The notes below the pieces were generated by a model. That model was not told the DNA's origin. It searched no databases and saw nothing but the letters and a program-made list of their open reading frames with translations. Positions 10,141 through 19,429 of a DNA stretch of 64,000 nucleotides are shown here, one piece after another. Source of the DNA: Parcubacteria bacterium C7867-004 (lineage in GTDB: Bacteria; Patescibacteriota; Minisyncoccia; Phycocordibacterales; Phycocordibacteraceae). Position 1 is the first letter of the stretch. Every line of letters starts with the position of its first letter. The stretch covers positions 17,605 to 81,604 of the forward strand of contig LFCN01000006.1 of the NCBI GenBank assembly GCA_001189075.1, read 5' to 3'. A program made the translations under genes and the position numbers.

Positions 10141-11826
10141 CTACATCTTCTCCGGAACCGGAATACCAAGAAGCGTGAGGCCGTTCTCCATCGTCGTAAC
10201 GAAAGCAGCAGCGAGCGCCAGCTTGTACCCCTCATACTCCCCTCCACGGATGCGCTCGTTCGCATAAAAAGAATTCCATTCGCCGGCAAGCTGGGTGAGA
10301 TACTGCACTACCGTATGCGGAGCGCGGAACGCTTCTGCGCGACGTACGGTTTCCGGATACCTCATGAGAAGGCGTTCGAGTTCGAACGCGGCCTCCGGAG
10401 CATCACTCGTATCGGGCTTCATTTCCGACTGCGCGATAACTGACTTGGCGCGCACGAGTGCGTACTGAAGATACGGACCAGAATCTCCTTCAAGAGAAAG
10501 TGATTTCTCGGGATCGAATGCGACGTTCGAACCGGGAGCTGCTCGGAGAATCATGTATTTGAGAGCGCCGATTGCGACTTGCTCGGCCACGAGCGGGTCC
10601 GCGTTGCGCGCTGCGGTAACCGTAAGCAATTCCTGGATCAGTTCCGACGCGGTTATTACGTTGCCCTTGCGGGACGACATCTTTCCGGTCGTGAGCTGCA
10701 GCAAGCCGTGGGCAAGGTGCGACGTCTTCTTCCCGAGTACCGGAGCGATATCTTCGAGTGCGGCGAGTACGACATTGAAATGTCCTATCTGCTCGACGGC
10801 CGTGATGATGATCACGCTGTCAGTTTCCGCGCGCATCTCCTTCAGGTATGCAAGGCCGAGATCCTTAGTCTCATAGGTCGGTGTTCCGCGCGAGGTGACG
10901 AACACGAGCGTGTGCAATCCTTTCTTCTCGCCCTTGTATACGATTGCACCTTCACTCTCTTCGAGGATCCCCTTCTCAACCGCGCTTGCTACCGCCTCAA
11001 GTCCTGGCTTCGTCGTATCGCTATCGAAGAACGTGTAATCAAACCTGGTACCCAGAAGACCGAAAATACGATTGAACTCCTCCATCGACACTTCTCTGCC
11101 CCGTTGCCATAGATGCAGCAACGCGCGATCTTCCTCAGATAGACCCGCGGGGTCGTCTTGCTTCCCGACGACGTCATAGATGCGGACATTGAGCGCATCT
11201 ATCTCAGCTTTGGCCTCTTCGCTTTCTTCATAGGCATTTGATCCCTGCATGTATGCCTTTCCTATCTCCTGCGCTGATGCGGGTTCGGTAACGCCATCAA
11301 GCCTGAGCGCCCAAAGCGCTTTTGCTACCTGAGGACCCACGTCTCCGCCGAACGTATCGCGCAGCACAGTAGCGCCCGATGCTTCGATGAGACGCGAGAT
11401 CGACTCGCCGATGACTGCTCCCATCAGGTGCCCGATATGCATCTCCTTGAACGGGTTCGGGTTGCCATACTCAACCATGATGCGCTGACCTGCATTCGCA
11501 GTTCCCAATCCCCAGTTGGCTCCCCCATCTGCAGCGCTCGCTATCTGCTTGGTAACGACCGCGCGGGCGAGCGTGATGTTCACGAAACCGGGTCCTGCTG
11601 CTTCAACGGTGGAGACCAGTTCTCCGAGCGAATCCTTGAGCATGCTGGCGAGCTCGTCAGCAATATCCCGCGGACTTCTTCCAAGCACCTTCGCGCTAGC
11701 GAGGGCGGCGTTCGTCGCAAAGTCCCCGTTCGCAAGCGTTGCCGGCCACTCGATAGCGAAGTCGACCTCACCCGCTCCGAGCGAGATGAGCGCTTCCTTT
11801 ACTGAGGCTCTCAGAGTCTCTTCCAT
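10141..11826 (-). CDS. argS: arginyl-tRNA synthetase
   Basis: 561-aa ORF with the HIGH motif in context NPNPFKEMHIGHLMGAVIG and a class-I ArgRS layout (N-terminal add-1 domain, C-terminal DALR-like region). Confidence 0.9.
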   Translation of the reverse strand: MEETLRASVKEALISLGAGEVDFAIEWPATLANGDFATNAALASAKVLGRSPRDIADELASMLKDSLGELVSTVEAAGPGFVNITLARAVVTKQIASAADGGANWGLGTANAGQRIMVEYGNPNPFKEMHIGHLMGAVIGESISRLIEASGATVLRDTFGGDVGPQVAKALWALRLDGVTEPASAQEIGKAYMQGSNAYEESEEAKAEIDALNVRIYDVVGKQDDPAGLSEEDRALLHLWQRGREVSMEEFNRIFGLLGTRFDYTFFDSDTTKPGLEAVASAVEKGILEESEGAIVYKGEKKGLHTLVFVTSRGTPTYETKDLGLAYLKEMRAETDSVIIITAVEQIGHFNVVLAALEDIAPVLGKKTSHLAHGLLQLTTGKMSSRKGNVITASELIQELLTVTAARNADPLVAEQVAIGALKYMILRAAPGSNVAFDPEKSLSLEGDSGPYLQYALVRAKSVIAQSEMKPDTSDAPEAAFELERLLMRYPETVRRAEAFRAPHTVVQYLTQLAGEWNSFYANERIRGGEYEGYKLALAAAFVTTMENGLTLLGIPVPEKM

Positions 11827-11895
11827 GCGGCGAGTGTAACAGAAAACAGCCGGGCGCGAAGCGTCCGGCTGTTTTCTTGATGACTACTGCCTTGT

Positions 11896-12036
11896 CTAGG
11901 AGGACTGTCCGTATGCGGCCGACTGTCCGTACGACTGCGTATTCTGCGAGAACGCGTACATGAGTGAACCGACAATTGCGAGTCCTACCAGGAGTATCGC
12001 TGCCGATTCGGTAAGGGTCTTTCCGAGGGTATTCAT
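11896..12036 (-). CDS. small hydrophobic peptide (46 aa), hypothetical
   Basis: Manual translation: MNTLGKTLTESAAILLVGLAIVGSLMYAFSQNTQSYGQSAAYGQSS. One TM helix and a QSYGQS repeat tail. Below the ORF-track length cutoff. Confidence 0.25.
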   Translation of the reverse strand: MNTLGKTLTESAAILLVGLAIVGSLMYAFSQNTQSYGQSAAYGQSS

Positions 12037-12113
12037 AGGATGCGAGTGGTTAGGCTCGTAAACTCACGACACTCGTAGTTAACCAGAGTGCGCCTGAAAT
12101 ATTCGTGAGGAAC

Positions 12114-13415
12114 CTACACGAACGAAGCAGGTACCGGATGCGACTCAGCGAGCGCTCGGATCGCCTCCTTTGCCGAAGCAACGGTCTCGTCGTCACGCTT
12201 AGTGAGCACGTCGAGCATGAGGCGCGCGACCTGCTTGGAATCGTCTTCCATAAATCCACGCGTTGTTATCGCCGGGGTACCGAAGCGTATGCCCGACGGA
12301 TCGAATGGTTTGCGCGTATCGTCAGCGATGGAGTTCTTGTTCAGCGTGATGCCTGCGCGATCAAGCAGCGTCTCCGCTTCCCCGCCTGATATACCGAGCG
12401 AGCCGAATACGTCTGCGAGCAAGAGATGGTTGTCGGTGCCGCCGGCAATAAGCCTGACACCGCCTTCCGTGAATACCTCAGCCATTGCTTGAGCATTCTT
12501 CACAACCTGATGCGCATAGTCCTTGAACGCAGGAGTCGAGGCTTCCGAGAGCATTACGGCTTTCGCCGCTATCTGATGCATGTGCGGGCCGCCCTGGAAT
12601 CCTGGGAAGACGCTGCGGTCAACCAGCGTCGGAAGATTCTGTATGGTCTTTTCAGGCGCCTTGAGCGGAGACGAGACCGTTCCTTTCGTGAGTATCATGC
12701 CGCCGCGCGGCCCGCGCAGCGTCTTGTGCGTGGTTGTGGTGACAATATCGAAACCGTGATCGAACGGGTTCTCCGCCGCTCCTCCGGCGATGAGGCCAGC
12801 AATGTGCGCGACGTCCGCCATTGCGACTGCACCAACCTCATGCGCGATGTCGGCGATACGCTTCCAGTCGAGCGAGCGCGGGTACCCGGAGAATCCGCCG
12901 AGCACGATCTTCGGTCGTTCCCGCTTGGCGGTCTCGAGCATCAGGTCGTAATCGATCTCTCCGGTATCGGGATCCTTCATGCCGTACCGCGTGAAGCGGA
13001 ACAGCTTCGCGATGTAGGTTACAGGAGCACCATGTGTGAGATGTCCCCCATGCGATAGATCCATGCCGAGGATCGCATCTCCAGGCTCGAGCCAGGAGAA
13101 GTACGCGGCGATGTTCGCCGCAGCGCCGCCGAGCGGCTGCACGTTCGCGTGGTCACAGCGGAAGAGTGCCTTCGCGCGCTCAATAGCGAGATTCTCTATC
13201 TGGTCCGTGTATTCCTGGCCGCCGTAGTAGCGTTTTCCCGGATACCCTTCCGAGTACTTGTTCGTGAGTACGCTTCCCATCGCTTCGCGTACTGCCCGCG
13301 AGACGTAATTCTCTGAGGGAATGAGCTCAAGCCCTTCCCGCTCGCGCTTCTCTTCGCCTTCAATTAGGTCGTACAATTCTCGGTCTTCTTGCTTGATATG
13401 GGTGTAGGAATCCAT
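12114..13415 (-). CDS. glyA: serine hydroxymethyltransferase
   Basis: 433-aa ORF. LELIPSENYVSRAVREAMGSVLTNKYSEGYPGKRYYGG and TTTTHKTLRGPRGG (PLP-lysine region) are SHMT signatures. Confidence 0.92.
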   Translation of the reverse strand: MDSYTHIKQEDRELYDLIEGEEKREREGLELIPSENYVSRAVREAMGSVLTNKYSEGYPGKRYYGGQEYTDQIENLAIERAKALFRCDHANVQPLGGAAANIAAYFSWLEPGDAILGMDLSHGGHLTHGAPVTYIAKLFRFTRYGMKDPDTGEIDYDLMLETAKRERPKIVLGGFSGYPRSLDWKRIADIAHEVGAVAMADVAHIAGLIAGGAAENPFDHGFDIVTTTTHKTLRGPRGGMILTKGTVSSPLKAPEKTIQNLPTLVDRSVFPGFQGGPHMHQIAAKAVMLSEASTPAFKDYAHQVVKNAQAMAEVFTEGGVRLIAGGTDNHLLLADVFGSLGISGGEAETLLDRAGITLNKNSIADDTRKPFDPSGIRFGTPAITTRGFMEDDSKQVARLMLDVLTKRDDETVASAKEAIRALAESHPVPASFV

Positions 13416-13457
13416 GCTGGTGGTGTTCGTTTGATAAAAGCCGCTCGGATTCCTATC

Positions 13458-14138
13458 TCATAATCCCTTGAGTATAGACCAAATATCCTCGTGAATCTCC
13501 TCCCGCGTCCGTATGACCCCGTCCCATACACACTCGATCGCCTTCCAGTTCTCATTCCTCTCGGCGAGCATCTCAGCGGAAGAGAACGAATGCTCCATAT
13601 ACCGCATATCGGCTTCTACGGTATCAACCCCTCCTCCCTGCGCCTCGTTCTTCACGCTCCGCTCGCGAGCAAGCAAATCGAGCGATACCTCAAGCGGGAC
13701 ACGCAGATACAAAACAAGGTCCGGACGCGGAACCCTGAGCACCTCATGCTCCATCCGGTCGAGCCAGGTAAGGAATACTTGCCTCTCTGCATCATCCTCT
13801 ATCTTTCCGCCTTGGTGTATCTGATTCGAGCTCGTAAAGCGATCCGCGACGATGGTCTCCCCGTTCGAGAGAGCGCGCCGTATCTCCTCCGCGCTTTCAG
13901 CGCGGTCGCAGGCATAGAGCGTCGAAGCTATCTTCGGATCGAGATTCACAAAATCGCCGCGCTTCCCCGCGAGGCATTCGCCGATAAGGCTTCCGAAGAA
14001 GTTCCTATCGTACGCAGGAAAATCCATCTTCCTGGCCGGGCGGCCTTCCGCATTCAAACGTTCAGCGAGCAGTCGCGACTGCGTGGCTTTCCCTGATCCG
14101 TCGAGTCCGTCGAGGACAATGAACCTACCGCTACTCAT
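13458..14138 (-). CDS. tmk: thymidylate kinase
   Basis: FIVLDGLDGSGKATQ P-loop typical of dTMP kinase; 226 aa. Confidence 0.85.
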   Translation of the reverse strand: MSSGRFIVLDGLDGSGKATQSRLLAERLNAEGRPARKMDFPAYDRNFFGSLIGECLAGKRGDFVNLDPKIASTLYACDRAESAEEIRRALSNGETIVADRFTSSNQIHQGGKIEDDAERQVFLTWLDRMEHEVLRVPRPDLVLYLRVPLEVSLDLLARERSVKNEAQGGGVDTVEADMRYMEHSFSSAEMLAERNENWKAIECVWDGVIRTREEIHEDIWSILKGL

Positions 14139-14572
14139 ACGTCGGTACTTCCTATGCCCCCGCGCGTTGGCTCTTCCATCCGCTCTACCTCCTTCAATGA
14201 GACACGATCGACCGGAAGCACGAGTATCTGCACGAGTCGCTCTCCTTTCGGTATCTCCACCGTCTCGTTCGAGAAATTATAAAGAATCACTTGGTACTCA
14301 TCCCCGTCTCCGCAGAAATCCTCATCGAAGACGCCCACGCCGTTGGCCATCATGAGCCCACGCTTATGGAGCGAGCTGCGTGCGGCCATGAGCACCATGT
14401 GCCCTGCCGGCGGCTTGATAGCGATATTAAGCGGGATGTATCCGATGCTGCGAGCAGGGATCGAAGCGGCAATCCTGGTTACGCAGTCCATCGCGGCTGC
14501 GCGCTCCGTCTTGTATTCCGGAAGCGGAAGATCGATATCGAATCGGCGTATCGGGAGTTCCATACTGAGCAT
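14135..14572 (-). CDS. dut: dUTP pyrophosphatase (dUTPase)
   Basis: Motifs RSSLHKRGLMMANGVGVFDEDFCGD, GERLVQIL and TRGGIGSTD match trimeric dUTPase motifs. Start placed at the internal Met after the upstream gene's stop. Confidence 0.75.
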   Translation of the reverse strand: MLSMELPIRRFDIDLPLPEYKTERAAAMDCVTRIAASIPARSIGYIPLNIAIKPPAGHMVLMAARSSLHKRGLMMANGVGVFDEDFCGDGDEYQVILYNFSNETVEIPKGERLVQILVLPVDRVSLKEVERMEEPTRGGIGSTDV

Positions 14573-14573
14573 T

Positions 14574-15047
14574 CTATCCGAACTGCTTCCCGACAACATT
14601 CTCGGGATGATTCTTATTAAAAAGCCGCTCGCTCCCTTCGAGCAGATACAGGTTCCGGACACCCGAATCGATCATCACATCCCAGCACGCCGTACACGCC
14701 CACCAATGCCCCCAGAGATACACATCGCCTCCTTCTGGCCTCTGCGCACGCTCCACCACCCTTCGCTCCGCATGGTTCTTCGGGTGGCACCCTTCGCAAA
14801 GCTCGTATCCCTGCCCTGTCGGGATGCCGAGCCTCACACGTTCGCACTTATGGGTCTTGTGGAACTCGCTGCCGTTGGCGGCGCGAGCTACGATGACACC
14901 GTTCTGAATGAGCACCGCTCCGGTGGGCATGCTGGTATCGAGCGAATGGAGTCTGGCCTCCTCTTTAGCTGCCTGCATGAAGGCATTGTCCTCTCCGACA
15001 TAGAGGATGGCGCGGTCAGGGGGAAGATACGGATAGTCGAAAGCCAT
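14574..15047 (-). CDS. comEB: dCMP deaminase (ComEB-like cytidine/deoxycytidylate deaminase)
   Basis: Zinc-binding HAERR ... CTAC motifs of the CDA superfamily; 157 aa, typical of dCMP deaminase. Confidence 0.7.
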   Translation of the reverse strand: MAFDYPYLPPDRAILYVGEDNAFMQAAKEEARLHSLDTSMPTGAVLIQNGVIVARAANGSEFHKTHKCERVRLGIPTGQGYELCEGCHPKNHAERRVVERAQRPEGGDVYLWGHWWACTACWDVMIDSGVRNLYLLEGSERLFNKNHPENVVGKQFG

Positions 15048-15121
15048 AGCGCTTTGGCCGTTATACCACGACCGGGTTTACCCGTTTGCCGCCCTACTCC
15101 TCGGGGGCCTATAATCAACCG

Positions 15122-15958
15122 ATGGCCCGCTTCGATACCCTCTACCAGGAGATGCTCACGCGCATTATGAACGAGGGCGTCCGGGAAATGAGCGAACGCA
15201 CGGGACATGAGACTACCGCTATTCCCGGCCTGCATTTCTCCATCGATATCGAGAAGGAAGGATTCCCGCTCCTCACCCTCCGGAAGATCCCGGTAAAGAT
15301 GTTCGTCGCCGAGCAGATCTGGTTCATCGCAGGAACGCGCAAACCCGCGGATTTCCTCCGCGAGTATACGAAGATCTGGGATAACTTCACGAACCCTGCC
15401 GATGTGGTTACCGTCGCGTACGGCTACCGTTGGCGGAAGCATTTCGGGCGCGACCAGCTCGGCGCGCTTATCGATCTCCTGAAAAAAGAGCCGAGTTCCC
15501 GGCATGGCGTGATAGTCACCTGGGACCCGGCGCAGGACGGACTTTCACTCTTCAAGAAGAAGAACGTCCCGTGTCCGTACTCCTTCACCGTGAACATCAT
15601 CGGCGGAAGACTCCATCTTCATAACATCGTCCGTTCGAACGATATGGTACTGGGCTTCCCGGCCGACGTCGCCGGCTTCGCGCTCCTGCAGCTCATCCTC
15701 GCGCAGAAGCTCGGCGTTACGCCCGGCGTGTACTCGCACTCGATCTCGAATGCGCACGTCTATGACAACCAGTACGACGCAGTGAACGAGCTCATCTCCC
15801 GCAAAGACTCGCACAAGGCCATCCAGGTCACGCTTCCCAAGCACACCTTCGAGCGCGCGGAGAAGAAGGACCGGAAGCTCGCCGAGGAGATGATCAAGAA
15901 CATCAGCGACCAGTACGCGCCTCAGGCCGCTATCACCGGGCTTCACGTAGTGCTATAA
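15122..15958 (+). CDS. thyA: thymidylate synthase (ThyA family)
   Basis: Start at MARFDTLYQEML. ThyA-like blocks RTGHETTAIPG and FPLLTLRKIP, plus VPCPYSFTVN (the catalytic Cys region, equivalent to PCHAFFQFYV). Confidence 0.8.
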   Translation: MARFDTLYQEMLTRIMNEGVREMSERTGHETTAIPGLHFSIDIEKEGFPLLTLRKIPVKMFVAEQIWFIAGTRKPADFLREYTKIWDNFTNPADVVTVAYGYRWRKHFGRDQLGALIDLLKKEPSSRHGVIVTWDPAQDGLSLFKKKNVPCPYSFTVNIIGGRLHLHNIVRSNDMVLGFPADVAGFALLQLILAQKLGVTPGVYSHSISNAHVYDNQYDAVNELISRKDSHKAIQVTLPKHTFERAEKKDRKLAEEMIKNISDQYAPQAAITGLHVVL

Positions 15959-15965
15959 CTCCCCT

Positions 15966-16601
15966 ATGGCTATCCTCACTAAGTCCGAGATCCTTGAGCG
16001 CATCGAGAGCGGCAACCTATCGTTCGCGCCGAGTCTCGATAGCTTCCAGCTCCAGATGCACGCGGTTGACCTCCGTCTCGGATTCACGTTCCTCGTACCG
16101 AAATCATGGCGCTTAACGGATAACGGCCGCGAGGCGATAAGCATCGATCCCTTGAAGGGGCACGGCTCCGAATACTTCGACGTCATAGAGCTCGAGCAAG
16201 GCCAGTACTTCGAACTCCTGCCCGAGGAATACGTCCTCGTCTCTACGTTTGAGACCATTAGCGTTCCGAACGACCTCATGGCGGTACTCTATCCCCGCTC
16301 TTCAGTGAACCGCAAAGGGCTTTCGGTCGATCTCACCGGCATCATCGATTCGGGATACCAGGGCCCACTTACACTCCCGATCCGGAACAATACCCGCTCA
16401 CAGGTGATACGCCTCCATCCGGGAGAGCGGTTCTGCCAGCTCGTGTTCGAGGAGCTCGCAACCCCCGTAAAGCAGGTAAAGAAAAGTCGTTGGCACCAGA
16501 AGGATGTCGTCGATAAAGGAAAGAAGGAGAAGTCTAACGAGATGAAGCTCGTCTTCAGCGGCGACCTTAAGAAGCTGAAGAAGGATCACCCGGTACGGTA
16601 G
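15966..16601 (+). CDS. dcd: dCTP deaminase
   Basis: N-terminus MAILTKSEILERIESGNLSF and the dUTPase-like fold motif GIIDSGYQGPLTLPIRN; 211 aa. Confidence 0.75.
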   Translation: MAILTKSEILERIESGNLSFAPSLDSFQLQMHAVDLRLGFTFLVPKSWRLTDNGREAISIDPLKGHGSEYFDVIELEQGQYFELLPEEYVLVSTFETISVPNDLMAVLYPRSSVNRKGLSVDLTGIIDSGYQGPLTLPIRNNTRSQVIRLHPGERFCQLVFEELATPVKQVKKSRWHQKDVVDKGKKEKSNEMKLVFSGDLKKLKKDHPVR

Positions 16602-16603
16602 CC

Positions 16604-17101
16604 ATGTCTCGCCTGAGCTTCATCGCCGCTATCGGAGAGCGCTCGCGCGTCCTCGGGAAAGACGGAGGGCTCGTCTGGGATCTACCAGGAGACCTCGCGC
16701 GTTTCCGTTCCATTACGAAAGGCCATCCCGTTATCATGGGTCGCAAGACCTGGGAATCAATCCCCTTGAAGCATCGACCGATGCCAGCTCGCGCGAATAT
16801 CGTCGTTACACGTGATGCCGCCTATGACGCGCCCGGCGGAATCGTGTGCACCTCTCTTCCCGAGGCCATCGAGCGGGCCAAGAGCGAAGCGGGCGCCGAA
16901 GAGATATTTATCATCGGCGGCACCCGTCTCTTCGAAGAAGCGATGCCTATCGCCGATCGCCTCTATCTCACGCTCGTTGATGATGATGCCGAGGGCGATG
17001 TCTTCTTCCCGCCCTATCCCGACTTCACAAAGATGATCTTCGAAGAAGCGCATGAGGAGAACGGCATCCGCTACCGCTTCGTTGATCTCGAGAGAGAATA
17101 A
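16604..17101 (+). CDS. folA: dihydrofolate reductase
   Basis: SFIAAIGERSRVLGKDGGLVWDLPGDLARFRSITKGHPVIMGRKTWESIP is a classic DHFR N-terminus. 165 aa. Start abuts the dcd stop. Confidence 0.92.
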   Translation: MSRLSFIAAIGERSRVLGKDGGLVWDLPGDLARFRSITKGHPVIMGRKTWESIPLKHRPMPARANIVVTRDAAYDAPGGIVCTSLPEAIERAKSEAGAEEIFIIGGTRLFEEAMPIADRLYLTLVDDDAEGDVFFPPYPDFTKMIFEEAHEENGIRYRFVDLERE

Positions 17102-17104
17102 AAG

Positions 17105-17135
17105 AAAAGCCCCGCACTGCGGGGCTTTTCTTTTA
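17105..17135. terminator. bidirectional rho-independent terminator between folA (+) and rplK (-)
   Basis: Hairpin aaaagccccgcactgcggggctttt with flanking A and T tracts. Confidence 0.8.
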
Positions 17136-17147
17136 CGTACGGAATAC

Positions 17148-17567
17148 TTACGCGACCGTCACGCCCATGGACTTCGCGGTACCCTCAACCATGCGCTCCG
17201 CAGCCTCGATGGAGCCTGCGTTGAGGTCCGGCATCTTCTGCTCTGCGATCTGGCGAACCTGATCCTTGGAGAGTGTGCCGACCTTCGAGAACGGGGTCTT
17301 ACCTGATCCCTTGTCGAGGCCGAGTGCCTTGAGGATGAGACGCGGCATCGGGGACACCTTGAGGATGAAGGTGAAGGTGCGGTCGTCATAGACGGTCATC
17401 TCAACCGGGATAATGACGCCCATCTGGTCGCGAGTCTGCTCGTTGAACTTATTGACGAAATCGCCAATGTTAACGCCGGCAGGTCCGAGCACGGTACCGA
17501 CTGGAGGAGCCGGGGTAGCCTTGCCGCCCGGTATCTGGAGCTTGATCTTCTTAATTGCTTTTGCCAT
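17148..17567 (-). CDS. rplK: 50S ribosomal protein L11
   Basis: [42 protein letters not shown] is canonical L11. Confidence 0.95.
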   Translation of the reverse strand: MAKAIKKIKLQIPGGKATPAPPVGTVLGPAGVNIGDFVNKFNEQTRDQMGVIIPVEMTVYDDRTFTFILKVSPMPRLILKALGLDKGSGKTPFSKVGTLSKDQVRQIAEQKMPDLNAGSIEAAERMVEGTAKSMGVTVA

Positions 17568-17590
17568 ATGAATTGCTTAGAGACTCTACG

Positions 17591-18160
17591 TTATAGCTTC
17601 CTGATTTGCAAAAAGTCGAGCTCGACGGGGGTCTCGCGACCGAACATCGCGACCATGACCTTCACCTTGCCGCGCTCCTCGTCTATCTCCCCTACCTTGC
17701 CCTCGAGATCCTTGAACGGACCGTCCGCGATGACGATAGGATCATCCTTCATGAGGTCGATGCGATGCTTCGGCACGTCAGCACCCATGCGCTTCATGAG
17801 TGTGTTCACTTCAGATTCTTCCATCGGGACCGGCGTGGTTCCTGAGCCGACGAAGCCGGTTACGCGCGGAGTGTTGCGGACAACGAACCACGAATCCTCA
17901 TCTACAATCATGCGGACCAGAATGTAGCCCGGGTAGATCTTCTCCTCCTCGACGATGCGCTTTCCGCTCTTTACGCGGATCTTCTTCTCGGTCGGTACCA
18001 CAACCTCGAATATCTTGTTCTCCATACCGAGACTCTCGATGCGCTGCTTGAGGTTACGCTCAACGGCGTTCTCGTAGCCGGCGTAGGTGTGAATGGTGTA
18101 CCAGCGCGGGGTAAGATCCTGCGCCTCGTCGGAGAAATGGGGTACGGTCTTCATGTCCAT
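17591..18160 (-). CDS. nusG: transcription termination/antitermination factor NusG
   Basis: RWYTIHTYAGYENAVERNL (NGN domain) and a C-terminal KOW region GPFKDLEGKVGEID. Confidence 0.92.
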   Translation of the reverse strand: MDMKTVPHFSDEAQDLTPRWYTIHTYAGYENAVERNLKQRIESLGMENKIFEVVVPTEKKIRVKSGKRIVEEEKIYPGYILVRMIVDEDSWFVVRNTPRVTGFVGSGTTPVPMEESEVNTLMKRMGADVPKHRIDLMKDDPIVIADGPFKDLEGKVGEIDEERGKVKVMVAMFGRETPVELDFLQIRKL

Positions 18161-18184
18161 AACGGAAGTGGTGAGCGGATAAGA

Positions 18185-18370
18185 TTAGTAGCCCAGGATG
18201 AGCTTGTTCACGATTCCTCCGAACGCGTAGTCGAGCGCAGCGATGAAGAGCGCGACCAGAGCCGAGATAAGAATGATGAGCCCCGTATGGAGGATGGCCT
18301 GATTCCGATCCGGCCAGACGACGTGGGTCATCTCGCCTCGAACGTTTCGCAGATAGGTGAAGAGTTTCAT
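18185..18370 (-). CDS. secE: preprotein translocase subunit SecE
   Basis: 61-aa single-TM protein with the SecE pattern VRGEMTHVVWP, immediately upstream of nusG. Confidence 0.8.
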   Translation of the reverse strand: MKLFTYLRNVRGEMTHVVWPDRNQAILHTGLIILISALVALFIAALDYAFGGIVNKLILGY

Positions 18371-18444
18371 ACGAGTTTTCCAAATAAAAAAGCCCCGCGG
18401 GCCTTATATGCGCACATGATAGTACGGCCTGGTTACTGTGTCAA

Positions 18445-18480
18445 ATGAACAAGGCCCCGCTTGTGCGGGGCCTTGTTCAT
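18445..18480. terminator. long perfect inverted repeat / terminator downstream of the SIMPL-domain gene
   Basis: atgaacaaggccccgc-ttgt-gcggggccttgttcat, a 16-bp perfect inverted repeat 20 nt past the stop of the 18501..19313 gene. Confidence 0.6.
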
Positions 18481-18500
18481 AGCCATACGAACCGAGGATA

Positions 18501-19313
18501 TTAGCGGATCTCGTAGGTGATGGAAACCGTCACCGACGACTCATCCTCTCCTACCGGGAGCCTCGGGGCCTCCGGAGCGACTGCGGACATCATGGAGCCG
18601 CCCTTCCCTGCGTACGAGTCGTACATTGGGTATGACGGGCCGTTCTCATAGAATGTCGCGATCGGACCCAGGTGCACGCCGAGCTCCTTCGCGAGCTTCT
18701 TCGCCTTCTCCTGAGCGTTCTTGATCGCTTCGGCGCGAGCCTCTGCCTTCACGCCGTCCTCGTCATCAACGACGAACTCAGGTCCGGAGATGTTCTGGAC
18801 GCCGATGGATCCCAGCGCCTGGAGCACGTCACCGGCTTTGCTGGTGTCGCGGACCTTGACCTCGACGGTCTGGGATACGTCGTACCCTACGATCTTCGGA
18901 TTGCCTGAGACGATCGGTGGGCATGCGGTTCCCGGATAGCATGGAGCCTGCTGCGAGTACTCATAGCGAGGCGAGACGTTGTACGAGAGGGTCTTAACAT
19001 CCTTCTCCTCGACGTTGAGCGACTCGACGGACTTGAGTGCCGCGTCGATCTTCTCGGTAGCCTGCTTCTGCGCATCAGCGACGTTTGCCGCTGACTCGGT
19101 CACCGAGAAGGTGATGCGTGCCGTATCAGGTACCGCGGTTGCTCGTCCGGTTCCCTCAACCGTAATGGTGTTATACGGATCGCCCGCCTCGCGGCCGAAC
19201 GCACCATCCCACGTCTTCACGAGAAGGAAGAGTGCAAGGAGTGCGAACACGGCCACGAGCGCGAGACGCACGGCCTTGTTGCTGGTTAATTCATTCATAA
19301 GATCGGTTTGCAT
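18501..19313 (-). CDS. SIMPL-domain (DUF541/YggE-like) secreted or membrane-anchored protein
   Basis: N-terminal TM/signal segment. TVEGTGRATAVPDTARITFSVTESA and the C-terminal pattern resemble SIMPL/YggE proteins. Confidence 0.6.
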   Translation of the reverse strand: MQTDLMNELTSNKAVRLALVAVFALLALFLLVKTWDGAFGREAGDPYNTITVEGTGRATAVPDTARITFSVTESAANVADAQKQATEKIDAALKSVESLNVEEKDVKTLSYNVSPRYEYSQQAPCYPGTACPPIVSGNPKIVGYDVSQTVEVKVRDTSKAGDVLQALGSIGVQNISGPEFVVDDEDGVKAEARAEAIKNAQEKAKKLAKELGVHLGPIATFYENGPSYPMYDSYAGKGGSMMSAVAPEAPRLPVGEDESSVTVSITYEIR

Positions 19314-19429
19314 AAGTTCTTCGTATTAATTGAAGGGGTGTACGAGCATGGTATCACGCGTCGTGTCCTCATCCGTTCGGACGTGCCGGCACCCTAAAAG
19401 TGACAGAAGTTTGCTACCATTGCCGCTAT

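Noticed and set aside
18371-18500. Expected tRNA-Trp upstream of secE (common in bacteria)
   Set aside because: The secE-upstream spacer contains only GC hairpins (cccgcggg palindrome, 16-bp inverted repeat), with no cloverleaf and no GTTCGA/T-loop motif.
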